A stretch of DNA of 26,408 bases from a virus. Lineage: Duplodnaviria; Heunggongvirae; Uroviricota; Caudoviricetes. The notes under the pieces were generated by a model. The model was given only the letters and a program-made list of their open reading frames with translations, did no database searches and had not been told where the DNA came from. The translations under genes were made by a program, and so were the position numbers. This document shows, in pieces, positions 18,865 through 26,408 of the stretch; position 1 is the first letter of the stretch; every line of letters starts with the position of its first letter. The DNA lies in IMG/VR virus record IMGVR_UViG_2690316273_000020, one strand, 5' to 3'.

Positions 18865-19391
18865 CAGATAAGCTCCACTGTACAGTGCGGCGCATCCTGC
18901 ACCCGGCTGATGGCCCAGCGGGCGTCACGCCACAAATCACCGCTGGATTCCGCCAGTTCCTCGCCTCGCTTCACACCGGATGCCGTGGCGTCATAGTCCT
19001 GGTATCGTTCGTTGAGCATGGCGCGTGCCCAGCAGTAAACCGCGTTGAAATAGTGCTGAATGCGCTCACTTTTCCCGTCCAGCTGTTCTGCCGGAACCTC
19101 TGCCAGCGAGGCATACCCCAGCATCTGCTGGCGTCTGCGAAACTCATACAGCTCTGCGTTGACCTCCGAAATTGCCGACAGCGCAACCTGCTTTAAACGC
19201 GGCTGCGTCACCGTGCCGTCAGTGCGCATCACGCTGCGAAACTCCGACAGGTCCACATCAGGCCAGAACGGTGTATTTCTGATGATTTCCGCCTGTTCCG
19301 GTGCCTGTTCTGGCGCAACAAACTTCATGCTGCTTTCTCCTGAAATAGAGGGCGGTGGACGGAGTTTTGATGTGGCTGTGCCTTTCGCCAC
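18864..19391 (-). CDS. L: Head completion / stabilisation protein L
   Basis: 175-aa ORF downstream of M; gpL-like (IRNTPFWPDVDL). Confidence 0.8.
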   Translation of the reverse strand: MAKGTATSKLRPPPSISGESSMKFVAPEQAPEQAEIIRNTPFWPDVDLSEFRSVMRTDGTVTQPRLKQVALSAISEVNAELYEFRRRQQMLGYASLAEVPAEQLDGKSERIQHYFNAVYCWARAMLNERYQDYDATASGVKRGEELAESSGDLWRDARWAISRVQDAPHCTVELI

Positions 19392-19423
19392 CCCGTGCCG
19401 CCCGTGCGCGGGGGCACGTTCTG

Positions 19424-20074
19424 TCAGCGGCTGTCATTGCGCAGTCTGCGCTCCAGCTGCTGTTTGTCTTTTTTCACGCCACAGCGGGGATCGAGCTGCA
19501 ACGCATGGTTGAGATGGTTAAGGGCGGAAGCCGGATTGCTTTCACTCAGGACAGCGCCAATCGCTTTATGCAGACGCGCCCGTGACTGGTCCGGCATATC
19601 CAGACCGTCTGTCAGCTCCAGCGTCTGCAGCAACAGATCGGCATCAAAGCCGGTGGCGGCAAGCATTGCGCTCTGCGCCGCGTCTGCCATTTCCTCTGCC
19701 AGCACGGTCTGCACATTGCGGTTACCCAGTGGCATCACCCAGCCATGACGCAGGGCATGACATCCGATCTCCAGCGCCCCGGCATAATCTCCGGCATCAA
19801 TGCGCCACAGCATCACGTACATCAGCACGTCATCCTGTTGAGTGCCTCCGGCAGCCAGGACGCCCTCTGCCCAGGCGGCGTACTTCGGCAGCAGCTCCAC
19901 CTTGATTTCCGCTTTTTTGACCGTGGACTGAACACCCTTGAGACGGCGGCGGTCTTCCGCCAGTTGCAGCAGCATCAGGTCATAGCCCGACGCGTGGAGA
20001 ACACTGCCGCCCTCGCGGGCGGCCTGTTCAGCCTGAACGCGCAGGCGATGCTGCCGTGCGGGACTCAGGCTCAT
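19424..20074 (-). CDS. M: Terminase endonuclease (small) subunit M
   Basis: 216-aa ORF directly after N; gpM-like. Confidence 0.85.
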   Translation of the reverse strand: MSLSPARQHRLRVQAEQAAREGGSVLHASGYDLMLLQLAEDRRRLKGVQSTVKKAEIKVELLPKYAAWAEGVLAAGGTQQDDVLMYVMLWRIDAGDYAGALEIGCHALRHGWVMPLGNRNVQTVLAEEMADAAQSAMLAATGFDADLLLQTLELTDGLDMPDQSRARLHKAIGAVLSESNPASALNHLNHALQLDPRCGVKKDKQQLERRLRNDSR

Positions 20075-20077
20075 GGA

Positions 20078-21136
20078 TTACGCTCCGGTTTCTGCTGCGG
20101 CGGCGCTGAAGTCGCCAATCTGGATGTTTTCCACAAGTGCGGCACAGCGGTAGTCCTCAACCACATAGGCTTCGTTAACGGATTCAAAGTTTTCAATCCG
20201 GTCACGTTTCGGGTTGTCGATAACTGAACGGCGGCGGGTGTCTTCCTGCCAGTAGATGGACAGGTTATCCAGACGGGTGATCAGCAGTGCATTCGGCGGG
20301 AAGAACGGTGCACGCACGGCCTGCAGGCCACCCATGCGTTTCTGACTGATGATCATATCGGCAGCCAGTTTTTCACTGTTTTCCTGCTCTTTGTTAACCA
20401 GCGGGAAATACTTGTCAGACAGCAGTTCACGCCCGCAAATCACCACCAGATCGTCATCGTCCTGGTAGACCACGTCGATAAGCTCATTGACGGCATCCAT
20501 CACCACGGCGTCCAGGTTGGCATATTCGCCACCTTTACCGACTTTCACCGCGCCCGGTGTGGTTTCACCGCCCATGGTGGTGCTGCCCATGACGTGATCC
20601 GGTGCATCCTCACGGATTTTCTGCAGCCAGCCTTTGTTCACATCCTGCAGCAGCGGGTTTTCGCTGCGGTTGGAGGTTTTCGCACGCTTCACGCCGTTAA
20701 AGCCGATCATGATGCGGTCCAGTGCCTGACGTTTCACGATGGCGTCACGGATACGCACCTGGAAATCCTGAAACTTCGCCCACAGGTCCAGCTTCGCGTA
20801 GGTCAGTACCGTGTCAAAGTTGGTCTGCTCGCATTTGTATTCCACATCGACCATCAGCGTAGGATCGACAGGTTCACGCTCTTTCGCGGTGGTGTCAGTG
20901 GTTCCGGCAATGGTGCTACCAACACCCAACCCCAGCAGCTGACCGGACTGCTCAGTCACTGGCGTGACGTTAATCAGCGTCAGGAAAGCGGCGGACTGCT
21001 GGATCTGGTCTTCCAGCGTCTGCTGTACAGACGGCTCCACGGTGAACTTGCTGGACAGTTCTTCAACTGCCACACCGTTCAGACGCGCCAGCTGCTGCAG
21101 GTAAGCGTTAAAAGCAAAGCGGGTATTCTTCTTCAC
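20078..21136 (-). CDS. N: Major capsid protein N
   Basis: 352-aa ORF with strong similarity to remembered P2 gpN (TRFAFNAYL..FTVEPSVQQ..). Confidence 0.9.
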   Translation of the reverse strand: MKKNTRFAFNAYLQQLARLNGVAVEELSSKFTVEPSVQQTLEDQIQQSAAFLTLINVTPVTEQSGQLLGLGVGSTIAGTTDTTAKEREPVDPTLMVDVEYKCEQTNFDTVLTYAKLDLWAKFQDFQVRIRDAIVKRQALDRIMIGFNGVKRAKTSNRSENPLLQDVNKGWLQKIREDAPDHVMGSTTMGGETTPGAVKVGKGGEYANLDAVVMDAVNELIDVVYQDDDDLVVICGRELLSDKYFPLVNKEQENSEKLAADMIISQKRMGGLQAVRAPFFPPNALLITRLDNLSIYWQEDTRRRSVIDNPKRDRIENFESVNEAYVVEDYRCAALVENIQIGDFSAAAAETGA

Positions 21137-21152
21137 CAGGTTTTGTGCTCCA

Positions 21153-21986
21153 TCAGCAATTGGTCAGAGTGTCAGCGGGGGCGTTACCGCCTGTTGCACG
21201 CTGGCGGTAGTCCTGGCGGCTGTCTTCATGACTCAGCTTATTCACCAGTTCGTTAAAGGCGGTCTGCTGTGCCTGCAGGGCAGTCTCCAGCTCAGACAGA
21301 CGTTCTTCCTGCTCAGACAGGGATTTTTCGGTGCGTGCGCTCAGGTTTTGCTGCTCAGTGGCGACCAACTCCACGGCCTTATGCACATCAGAGAACCGGG
21401 CATCGTCGGACTGCTCTTTTTTGGTGAACAGTGCCGTGACGCGGGCAAACAGGGACGGCTTGTCCTCCTGGATTTCTTCCAGTTCGATCACCGTTTCCTC
21501 TGCGGCGGTAAAGAGATTGGCGGGATTCTGCTTGCGGTTTGCCAGCGGGTTATGGGCTGCACTGGCGCTGAATGTCAGCATTTCAGTGCCCAGACTGGCA
21601 GGGTCATCAGTGGCAGCCAGGCCGACCAGGTAGGCTTTGCCCGTATCAGCAAACTTCGGACTGACTTCCATAGATGTGAATAATTTCTGGCCTTTTTTCA
21701 CCAGTTCCACCAGGGATTCCGTTGGCTCAACGTCGGCATACAGCGCCATCTTGCCTGCCAACGGACCTTCCGTGATTTCTTCAGCAAACAGCGCCGTCAC
21801 CTTGCCGTAGCGGTTAAAGGTGCTGTCCGGCAGATAAGACTTGATGTGCTCAAGGTTAATCAGCGCGGTATACACCGCCGGGTTGTAGCTGGCTGCCATC
21901 TGTTCCAGCCATTCACGCTGGATTTCGCGTCCGTCGGTGGTGGCACCTTCCACCCCGATGCGAAAACGCTTTGCTTTCACTGTCAT
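21153..21986 (-). CDS. O: Capsid scaffolding protein O
   Basis: 277-aa ORF, gpO-like (FRIGVEGATTDGR, YLVGLAATDDPASLGTE). Confidence 0.9.
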   Translation of the reverse strand: MTVKAKRFRIGVEGATTDGREIQREWLEQMAASYNPAVYTALINLEHIKSYLPDSTFNRYGKVTALFAEEITEGPLAGKMALYADVEPTESLVELVKKGQKLFTSMEVSPKFADTGKAYLVGLAATDDPASLGTEMLTFSASAAHNPLANRKQNPANLFTAAEETVIELEEIQEDKPSLFARVTALFTKKEQSDDARFSDVHKAVELVATEQQNLSARTEKSLSEQEERLSELETALQAQQTAFNELVNKLSHEDSRQDYRQRATGGNAPADTLTNC

Positions 21987-22064
21987 GAGCCGTGCTCCGT
22001 TAGAAAAAACTTACTGGAGCCTTATGGTTGCGGTGATGGGGGCAGTGAAACAATGCGCGGTATT

Positions 22065-22082
22065 TGTACCGACAACCACACA
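22065..22082. promoter_or_regulatory. Candidate Ogr-binding dyad TGT-N12-ACA in the divergent P/O late promoter region
   Basis: tgtaccgacaaccacaca is centred 87 nt upstream of the O start and 55 nt upstream of the P start. Confidence 0.4.
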
Positions 22083-22128
22083 AACCGCAGGCGGGGAAAG
22101 CCTTCATTCAAGGCTGTAGGTTTGTGCC

Positions 22129-23895
22129 ATGAACACCACACTGACACCCGCAGATCTCGATCCCCGTCGGCAGGCCATGCTGCTGTACTTTCAGGGATAC
22201 CGCGTCGCCCGCATTGCTGAAATGCTGGGCGAGAAAGTTGCAACTGTTCACAGCTGGAAAAAACGCGACAAGTGGGGTGACTATGGGCCGCTGGATCAGA
22301 TGCAGCTCACCACCGCCGCACGCTACTGCCAGCTCATTATGAAGGAGCACAAAGAAGGGAAAGATTTCAAAGAGATTGACCTGCTGGCGCGCCAGTCGGA
22401 GCGCCACGCGCGGATCGGCAAGTTTAACAATGGCGGCAACGAAGCCGATTTAAACCCTAACGTCGCCAACCGCAACAAAGGCCCACGCCGTCAGCCGGAA
22501 AAGAATGTTTTCACCGATGAACAGATTGAGAAGCTGGAAGAAATCTTCCATTCCTCCATGTTCAACTACCAGCGCCACTGGTGGGAAGCCGGAAAAACCA
22601 ACCGCATCCGCAACCTGCTGAAGTCACGCCAGATCGGCGCAACCTTCTATTTTGCCCGTGAAGCCCTGATTGACGCCCTGCTGACCGGACGTAACCAGAT
22701 TTTCCTTTCCGCCAGCAAGGCACAGGCCCACGTCTTTAAGCAGTACATCTTCGACTTCGCCAAAGAAGTGGAGGTGGAGCTGAAAGGTGATCCGATGGTG
22801 CTTCCTAACGGTGCCACGCTTTACTTCCTCGGCACCAATGCCCGCACTGCCCAGAGTTATCACGGCAACCTGTATCTGGATGAATATTTCTGGATACCGA
22901 AATTTCAGGAGCTGCGTAAAGTGGCTTCCGGTATGGCTATTCACAAAAAATGGCGACAAACCTATTTTTCCACGCCATCAAGCCTGACCCACAGTGCTTA
23001 TCCGTTCTGGTCCGGTGCGCTGTTCAACCGTGGACGCAACAAAGCCGACAAGGTGGACATCGACCTGTCCCACAGCAATCTGGCCCCCGGCCTGCTGTGC
23101 GCAGACGGGCAATACCGCCAGATAGTCACCGTGGAAGATGCGGTGCGCGGCGGCTGCAACCTGTTCGACCTTGACCAGTTGCGCATGGAGTACAGCCCGG
23201 ACGAATACCAGAACCTGCTGATGTGCGAGTTTGTGGACGATCTCGCGTCCGTGTTTCCGCTCAGCGAGCTGCAGGCGTGCATGGTGGACAGTTGGGAAGT
23301 CTGGACCGACTTTCATGCACTGGCCCTTCGCCCGTTTGGGTGGCGCGAAGTGTGGATCGGTTATGACCCGGCAAAAGGTACGCAGAACGGCGACAGCGCC
23401 GGATGCGTGGTGGTGGCACCGCCAGCCGTGCCGGGCGGTAAGTTCCGTATTCTTGAGCGCCACCAGTGGCGCGGGATGGACTTCCGCGCCCAGGCGGACG
23501 CCATCAAAAAACTGACCGAACAGTACAACGTGACATATATCGGCATCGACTCGACGGGTGTCGGTCACGGGGTTTACGAGAACGTGAAAGCGTTTTTTCC
23601 TGCCGTCCGGGAGTTTGTCTACAACCCCAACGTTAAAAATGCCCTGGTACTCAAGGCATACGACATTATCAGCCACCGCCGTCTGGAGTTTGACGCCGGG
23701 CACACCGACATTGCGCAGTCATTCATGGCAATCCGTCGCGCCACCACCGCCAGTGGCAACCGCCCGACCTATGAAGCCAGCCGCAGCGAAGAAGCCAGCC
23801 ACGCCGATCTGGCCTGGGCAACGATGCACGCACTGTTTAATGAACCGCTGCAGGGCGAGTCCGCCAATACAAGCAATATTGTGGAGATTTTTTGA
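22129..23895 (+). CDS. P: Terminase large (ATPase) subunit P
   Basis: 588-aa ORF transcribed divergently from O; gpP-like with an N-terminal HTH-like segment. Confidence 0.9.
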   Translation: MNTTLTPADLDPRRQAMLLYFQGYRVARIAEMLGEKVATVHSWKKRDKWGDYGPLDQMQLTTAARYCQLIMKEHKEGKDFKEIDLLARQSERHARIGKFNNGGNEADLNPNVANRNKGPRRQPEKNVFTDEQIEKLEEIFHSSMFNYQRHWWEAGKTNRIRNLLKSRQIGATFYFAREALIDALLTGRNQIFLSASKAQAHVFKQYIFDFAKEVEVELKGDPMVLPNGATLYFLGTNARTAQSYHGNLYLDEYFWIPKFQELRKVASGMAIHKKWRQTYFSTPSSLTHSAYPFWSGALFNRGRNKADKVDIDLSHSNLAPGLLCADGQYRQIVTVEDAVRGGCNLFDLDQLRMEYSPDEYQNLLMCEFVDDLASVFPLSELQACMVDSWEVWTDFHALALRPFGWREVWIGYDPAKGTQNGDSAGCVVVAPPAVPGGKFRILERHQWRGMDFRAQADAIKKLTEQYNVTYIGIDSTGVGHGVYENVKAFFPAVREFVYNPNVKNALVLKAYDIISHRRLEFDAGHTDIAQSFMAIRRATTASGNRPTYEASRSEEASHADLAWATMHALFNEPLQGESANTSNIVEIF

Positions 23896-24941
23896 TGGGA
23901 AAGAGTAAGAAAAACCGCGCTGCGGCGATGAATCACATCCAGCATAAAAGCCAGACTTCAGCCGAAGCATTCAGCTTCGGCGATCCCGTTCCTGTTCTGG
24001 ACCGCCGAGAATTACTGGACTATGTGGAATGCGTACAGATGGACCGTTGGTATGAGCCGCCCGTCAGCTTTGACGGACTGGCGCGCACCTTCCGCGCCGC
24101 CGTGCATCACAGTTCCCCGATTGCAGTAAAGTGCAACATTCTGACCAGTACCTATATCCCTCATCCGCTGCTCAGCCAGCAGGCTTTTTCGCGTTTTGTG
24201 CAGGACTATCTGGTATTTGGTAACGCCTACCTGGAGAAACGCACGAACCGCTTCGGTGAAGTTATCGCCCTTGAACCGACCCTGGCAAAATACACCCGAC
24301 GCGGATTAGACCTGGATACCTACTGGTTTGTGCAATACGGCATGACTACGCAGCCGTATCAGTTCACGAAAGGCAGCATTTTTCATCTGATGGAACCGGA
24401 CATCAACCAGGAGATCTACGGCCTGCCCGGTTATCTTTCTGCCATTCCGTCAGCCCTGCTCAACGAGTCCGCCACGCTGTTCCGCCGCAAGTATTACATT
24501 AACGGCAGTCATGCAGGCTTCATCATGTACATGACCGATGCAGCGCAGAACCAGGAGGATGTGAACAACCTCCGCAATGCGATGAAAAGCGCCAAAGGTC
24601 CTGGTAACTTCCGTAACCTGTTTATGTACTCGCCTAACGGTAAAAAGGACGGGCTTCAGATTATCCCGTTGTCAGAAGTGGCGGCGAAGGATGAGTTCCT
24701 GAATATCAAGAACGTGAGCCGGGACGACATGATGGCGGCGCATCGTGTGCCGCCACAAATGATGGGGATAATGCCTAATAATGTCGGGGGGTTTGGGGAT
24801 GTAGAAAAGGCAAGCCGTGTCTTTGTCCGCAACGAGTTGATACCTCTGCAGAAACGCCTACAGGAACTTAACAACTGGCTGGGCGATGAAGTTATACGTT
24901 TCGAGCCGTACACTTTAGATATTCAGAATGAAAAGAAATAA
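23892..24941 (+). CDS. Q: Portal protein Q
   Basis: 349-aa ORF overlapping the P stop by 4 nt; gpQ-like. Confidence 0.9.
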   Translation: MMGKSKKNRAAAMNHIQHKSQTSAEAFSFGDPVPVLDRRELLDYVECVQMDRWYEPPVSFDGLARTFRAAVHHSSPIAVKCNILTSTYIPHPLLSQQAFSRFVQDYLVFGNAYLEKRTNRFGEVIALEPTLAKYTRRGLDLDTYWFVQYGMTTQPYQFTKGSIFHLMEPDINQEIYGLPGYLSAIPSALLNESATLFRRKYYINGSHAGFIMYMTDAAQNQEDVNNLRNAMKSAKGPGNFRNLFMYSPNGKKDGLQIIPLSEVAAKDEFLNIKNVSRDDMMAAHRVPPQMMGIMPNNVGGFGDVEKASRVFVRNELIPLQKRLQELNNWLGDEVIRFEPYTLDIQNEKK

Positions 24942-24968
24942 AAGTTAGCGAATAAAAATCATTAGCAT

Positions 24969-24989
24969 AGGCCGCAAACTGAGCGGCCT
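24969..24989. terminator. Putative bidirectional hairpin terminator between Q and the convergent cargo ORF
   Basis: aggccgc-aaactga-gcggcct forms a 7-bp GC stem; U-tracts on both strands are weak. Confidence 0.4.
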
Positions 24990-24995
24990 TATTCA

Positions 24996-25265
24996 TTACC
25001 AATTTCTTTTTTCGGAGTTTAGCCAATCACCGCATGGATAATATCTTGACGCCCATTCACCTTGTAAACGAGCTACAAACAGAATATCGTTACTATCGAC
25101 CCTGGCTTGGAGTCCGTCACGCAGTTGAGTTGCGGTCAGCGTTGTATCTACTAACCAAAATGATTCAAGATATTTACAGTATGTAAATTGCTTTAGATAG
25201 TCAAAAACTTCATCGTAGTTTCTTCCCGGAGCCTTCAAGTCATAGGTTATACAATAAATAGCCAT
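24996..25265 (-). CDS. Hypothetical protein (89 aa), AT-rich cargo between Q and cos
   Basis: ATG start with GGAG 8 nt upstream; alternating hydrophobic pattern (IYCITYDL, NYDEVFDYLKQF, WLVDT, ILFVARL) suggests a small alpha/beta fold. No family recognised. Confidence 0.5.
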   Translation of the reverse strand: MAIYCITYDLKAPGRNYDEVFDYLKQFTYCKYLESFWLVDTTLTATQLRDGLQARVDSNDILFVARLQGEWASRYYPCGDWLNSEKRNW

Positions 25266-25268
25266 TCT

Positions 25269-25451
25269 CTAAGCTCCGCATTTTTTATCATTTGGGGAAC
25301 ATCTTAACCTGCGACATTTGCGGCAATACGATTGAGGGATCAGCCGCTCTCCTTCCATAGTTCTAAAACCAAACACTTCTTCAATTTTGTTCAAATCACC
25401 ACTTGCAATAACCCCACAGCAGGGGCAGACAGCCTCAATTTGAAATGCCAT
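25269..25451 (-). CDS. Hypothetical Cys-rich small protein (about 60 aa; possible zinc ribbon)
   Basis: Start MAFQIEAVCPCCG.. has GGAG 6 nt upstream; the ORF-track version begins with TTG at 25514. Cys cluster CPCC ... CRKCRRLRC; basic C-terminus. Confidence 0.45.
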   Translation of the reverse strand: MAFQIEAVCPCCGVIASGDLNKIEEVFGFRTMEGERLIPQSYCRKCRRLRCSPNDKKCGA

Positions 25452-25550
25452 GTCTATCTCCATTCCACATGTTGAATGTAGGGTAATACTTCCTTTCAAG
25501 CAAAAATGAGACAAGGATCTTGAAACCTAATTTAAACTTGCTTGCGCGCG

Positions 25551-25569
25551 CTCGTATCCCCGCCACGCC
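25551..25569. other. cos-like site (P2-family 19-nt cohesive-end sequence)
   Basis: The minus strand reads GGCGTGGCGGGGATACGAG; the first 13 nt match the remembered P2/186 cos ends (GGCG[A/T]GGCGGGGAAAGCA..). It is a GC-rich island in AT-rich DNA about 610 bp from the Q stop. Confidence 0.45.
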
Positions 25570-25618
25570 TGCCCGCTTTATGTAGTAGTTTTCATGCAGG
25601 TGCATGATCTACGCGAAA

Positions 25619-25638
25619 GCCCGCCAGTTCTGGCGGGC
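25619..25638 (-). terminator. Possible weak intrinsic terminator for the large cargo ORF
   Basis: 8-bp GC stem gcccgcca/tggcgggc followed on the minus strand by UUUCGCGU. Confidence 0.3.
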
Positions 25639-25685
25639 CCTAGCAAAACGATCCTCAAACGATCATGCGATCTCATGCAGCATAG

Positions 25686-26408
25686 TCATGCACGATCATT
25701 TGACTCAGCATCTGCTGCACGCTTGCTGCGCGAAGATGCACTTTTACTATCAATCTTTCGACAGTTCTTTCTATCCCTGGCTTCATTTTCTTTAAATTTG
25801 TTATATGTCTCAGTATCAAAAAACGAAATTGTTTCAACCTCATCTTTTGGTATGAGCACACGGAAATCTTCGATATTAAGCCGAGACATTCCACTTATCA
25901 CACCACTATCAAGATAATGTTGGTGATAGTTAGTCGTGATACTAATCGTTAGATCATCTTTATCCCGATATCCGCTTAACATCGGGAGAAGTTCAAGGTG
26001 CTCTGAAAGCCCGTTTTCTAACGCCGGACAAGTAACAAAACCAACATAGATTTTGCGAGACGACAGAGTTGCTATGATCGGAAACTGTCTTGCGGACGCT
26101 TCCATGAGTAATGATTCGAAAGCGTTATTACCCACAGCTTTAGCTAAGGCATCCCAGCGACGATCTCCACGTGATGTGCGTAACTTATTTCCAAAACCTG
26201 AAATCGCAGCGAGGACAATTGAAATCATAACCCATGCTATCTGTTTGATTTCATTTATTCTTTGAAGTTTGTCTTTCGATGAAGACAACATGCCATTAAA
26301 ACTGTCAGGTGTTAGATTCAAGGCATTAGCCAGCCAACGAAACCCTCCGCTGACGTTCAAAATAAAGGTGAAAAAACCGCTGTCACGAACGGTGCAATAG
26401 TGATCCAC
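25686..26408 (-). CDS. Hypothetical protein, 5'-truncated by the window edge (at least 240 aa visible), cargo in the old/tin-equivalent position
   Basis: Long ORF in AT-rich DNA running off the window; one predicted TM helix (IAWVMISIVLAAISGFG); low-complexity basic/acidic C-terminal tail. No motif I recognise. Confidence 0.6.
   Translation of the reverse strand: MDHYCTVRDSGFFTFILNVSGGFRWLANALNLTPDSFNGMLSSSKDKLQRINEIKQIAWVMISIVLAAISGFGNKLRTSRGDRRWDALAKAVGNNAFESLLMEASARQFPIIATLSSRKIYVGFVTCPALENGLSEHLELLPMLSGYRDKDDLTISITTNYHQHYLDSGVISGMSRLNIEDFRVLIPKDEVETISFFDTETYNKFKENEARDRKNCRKIDSKSASSRSKRAADAESNDRA

Larger units (their letters stand above)
2770..26408. mobile_element. P2-like prophage, partial (late genes, terminase/portal, cos, start of cargo); continues beyond window end
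   Basis: Complete collinear P2 late-gene order from ogr to Q plus a P2-family cos-like sequence. The left boundary is approximate; the right boundary is outside the window. Confidence 0.9.

Noticed and set aside
19391-19424. GC-rich imperfect hairpin (ccccgtgccgcccgtgcgcgggggcacg) between M and L, briefly considered as cos
   Set aside because: It is in the wrong position for cos (between M and L) and a better cos-like match exists at 25551-25569; probably an intercistronic RNA structure.
22123-22140. Second TGT-N12-ACA dyad
   Set aside because: It overlaps the P start codon, so it cannot sit at a promoter -55 position for P; the short motif is expected by chance at this frequency.
25594-25917. 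107-aa and 63-aa plus-strand ORFs near cos
   Set aside because: They overlap the cos-flanking repeat region and the 3' end of the large minus-strand ORF; no ribosome-binding site and a low-complexity translation.
1-26408. Scan for CRISPR arrays, tRNA and rRNA genes
   Set aside because: No regularly spaced direct repeats and no tRNA-like or rRNA-like sequence recognised by eye; a tRNAscan/Infernal run would be needed to exclude small RNAs.

Overview
The window runs from three host genes (grxA, ybjM, ybjL; 1-2620) into about 23.6 kb of a P2-like (Peduovirus-type) prophage that continues past the right edge. All calls rest on reading the ORF translations against remembered P2-family proteins and gene order; no database search was run. 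The prophage shows the complete P2 late-gene set in canonical order on the minus strand (ogr, D, U, T, E/E', FII, FI, G, H, I, J, W, V, S, R, lysC/B/A, K, Y, X, L, M, N, O) and P-Q on the plus strand. Between FI and the fibre genes sits a Hin/Gin-family serine invertase with an about 1.86 kb invertible tail-fibre segment bounded by 26-bp inverted crossover sites. The least explained and most interesting part is the AT-rich cargo around a cos-like site at about 25551-25569: two small unrecognised ORFs between Q and cos, a dense GATC/TCATGCA repeat cluster, and a large 5'-truncated ORF right of cos in the position where P2 carries old/tin. No CRISPR array, tRNA or rRNA was seen.
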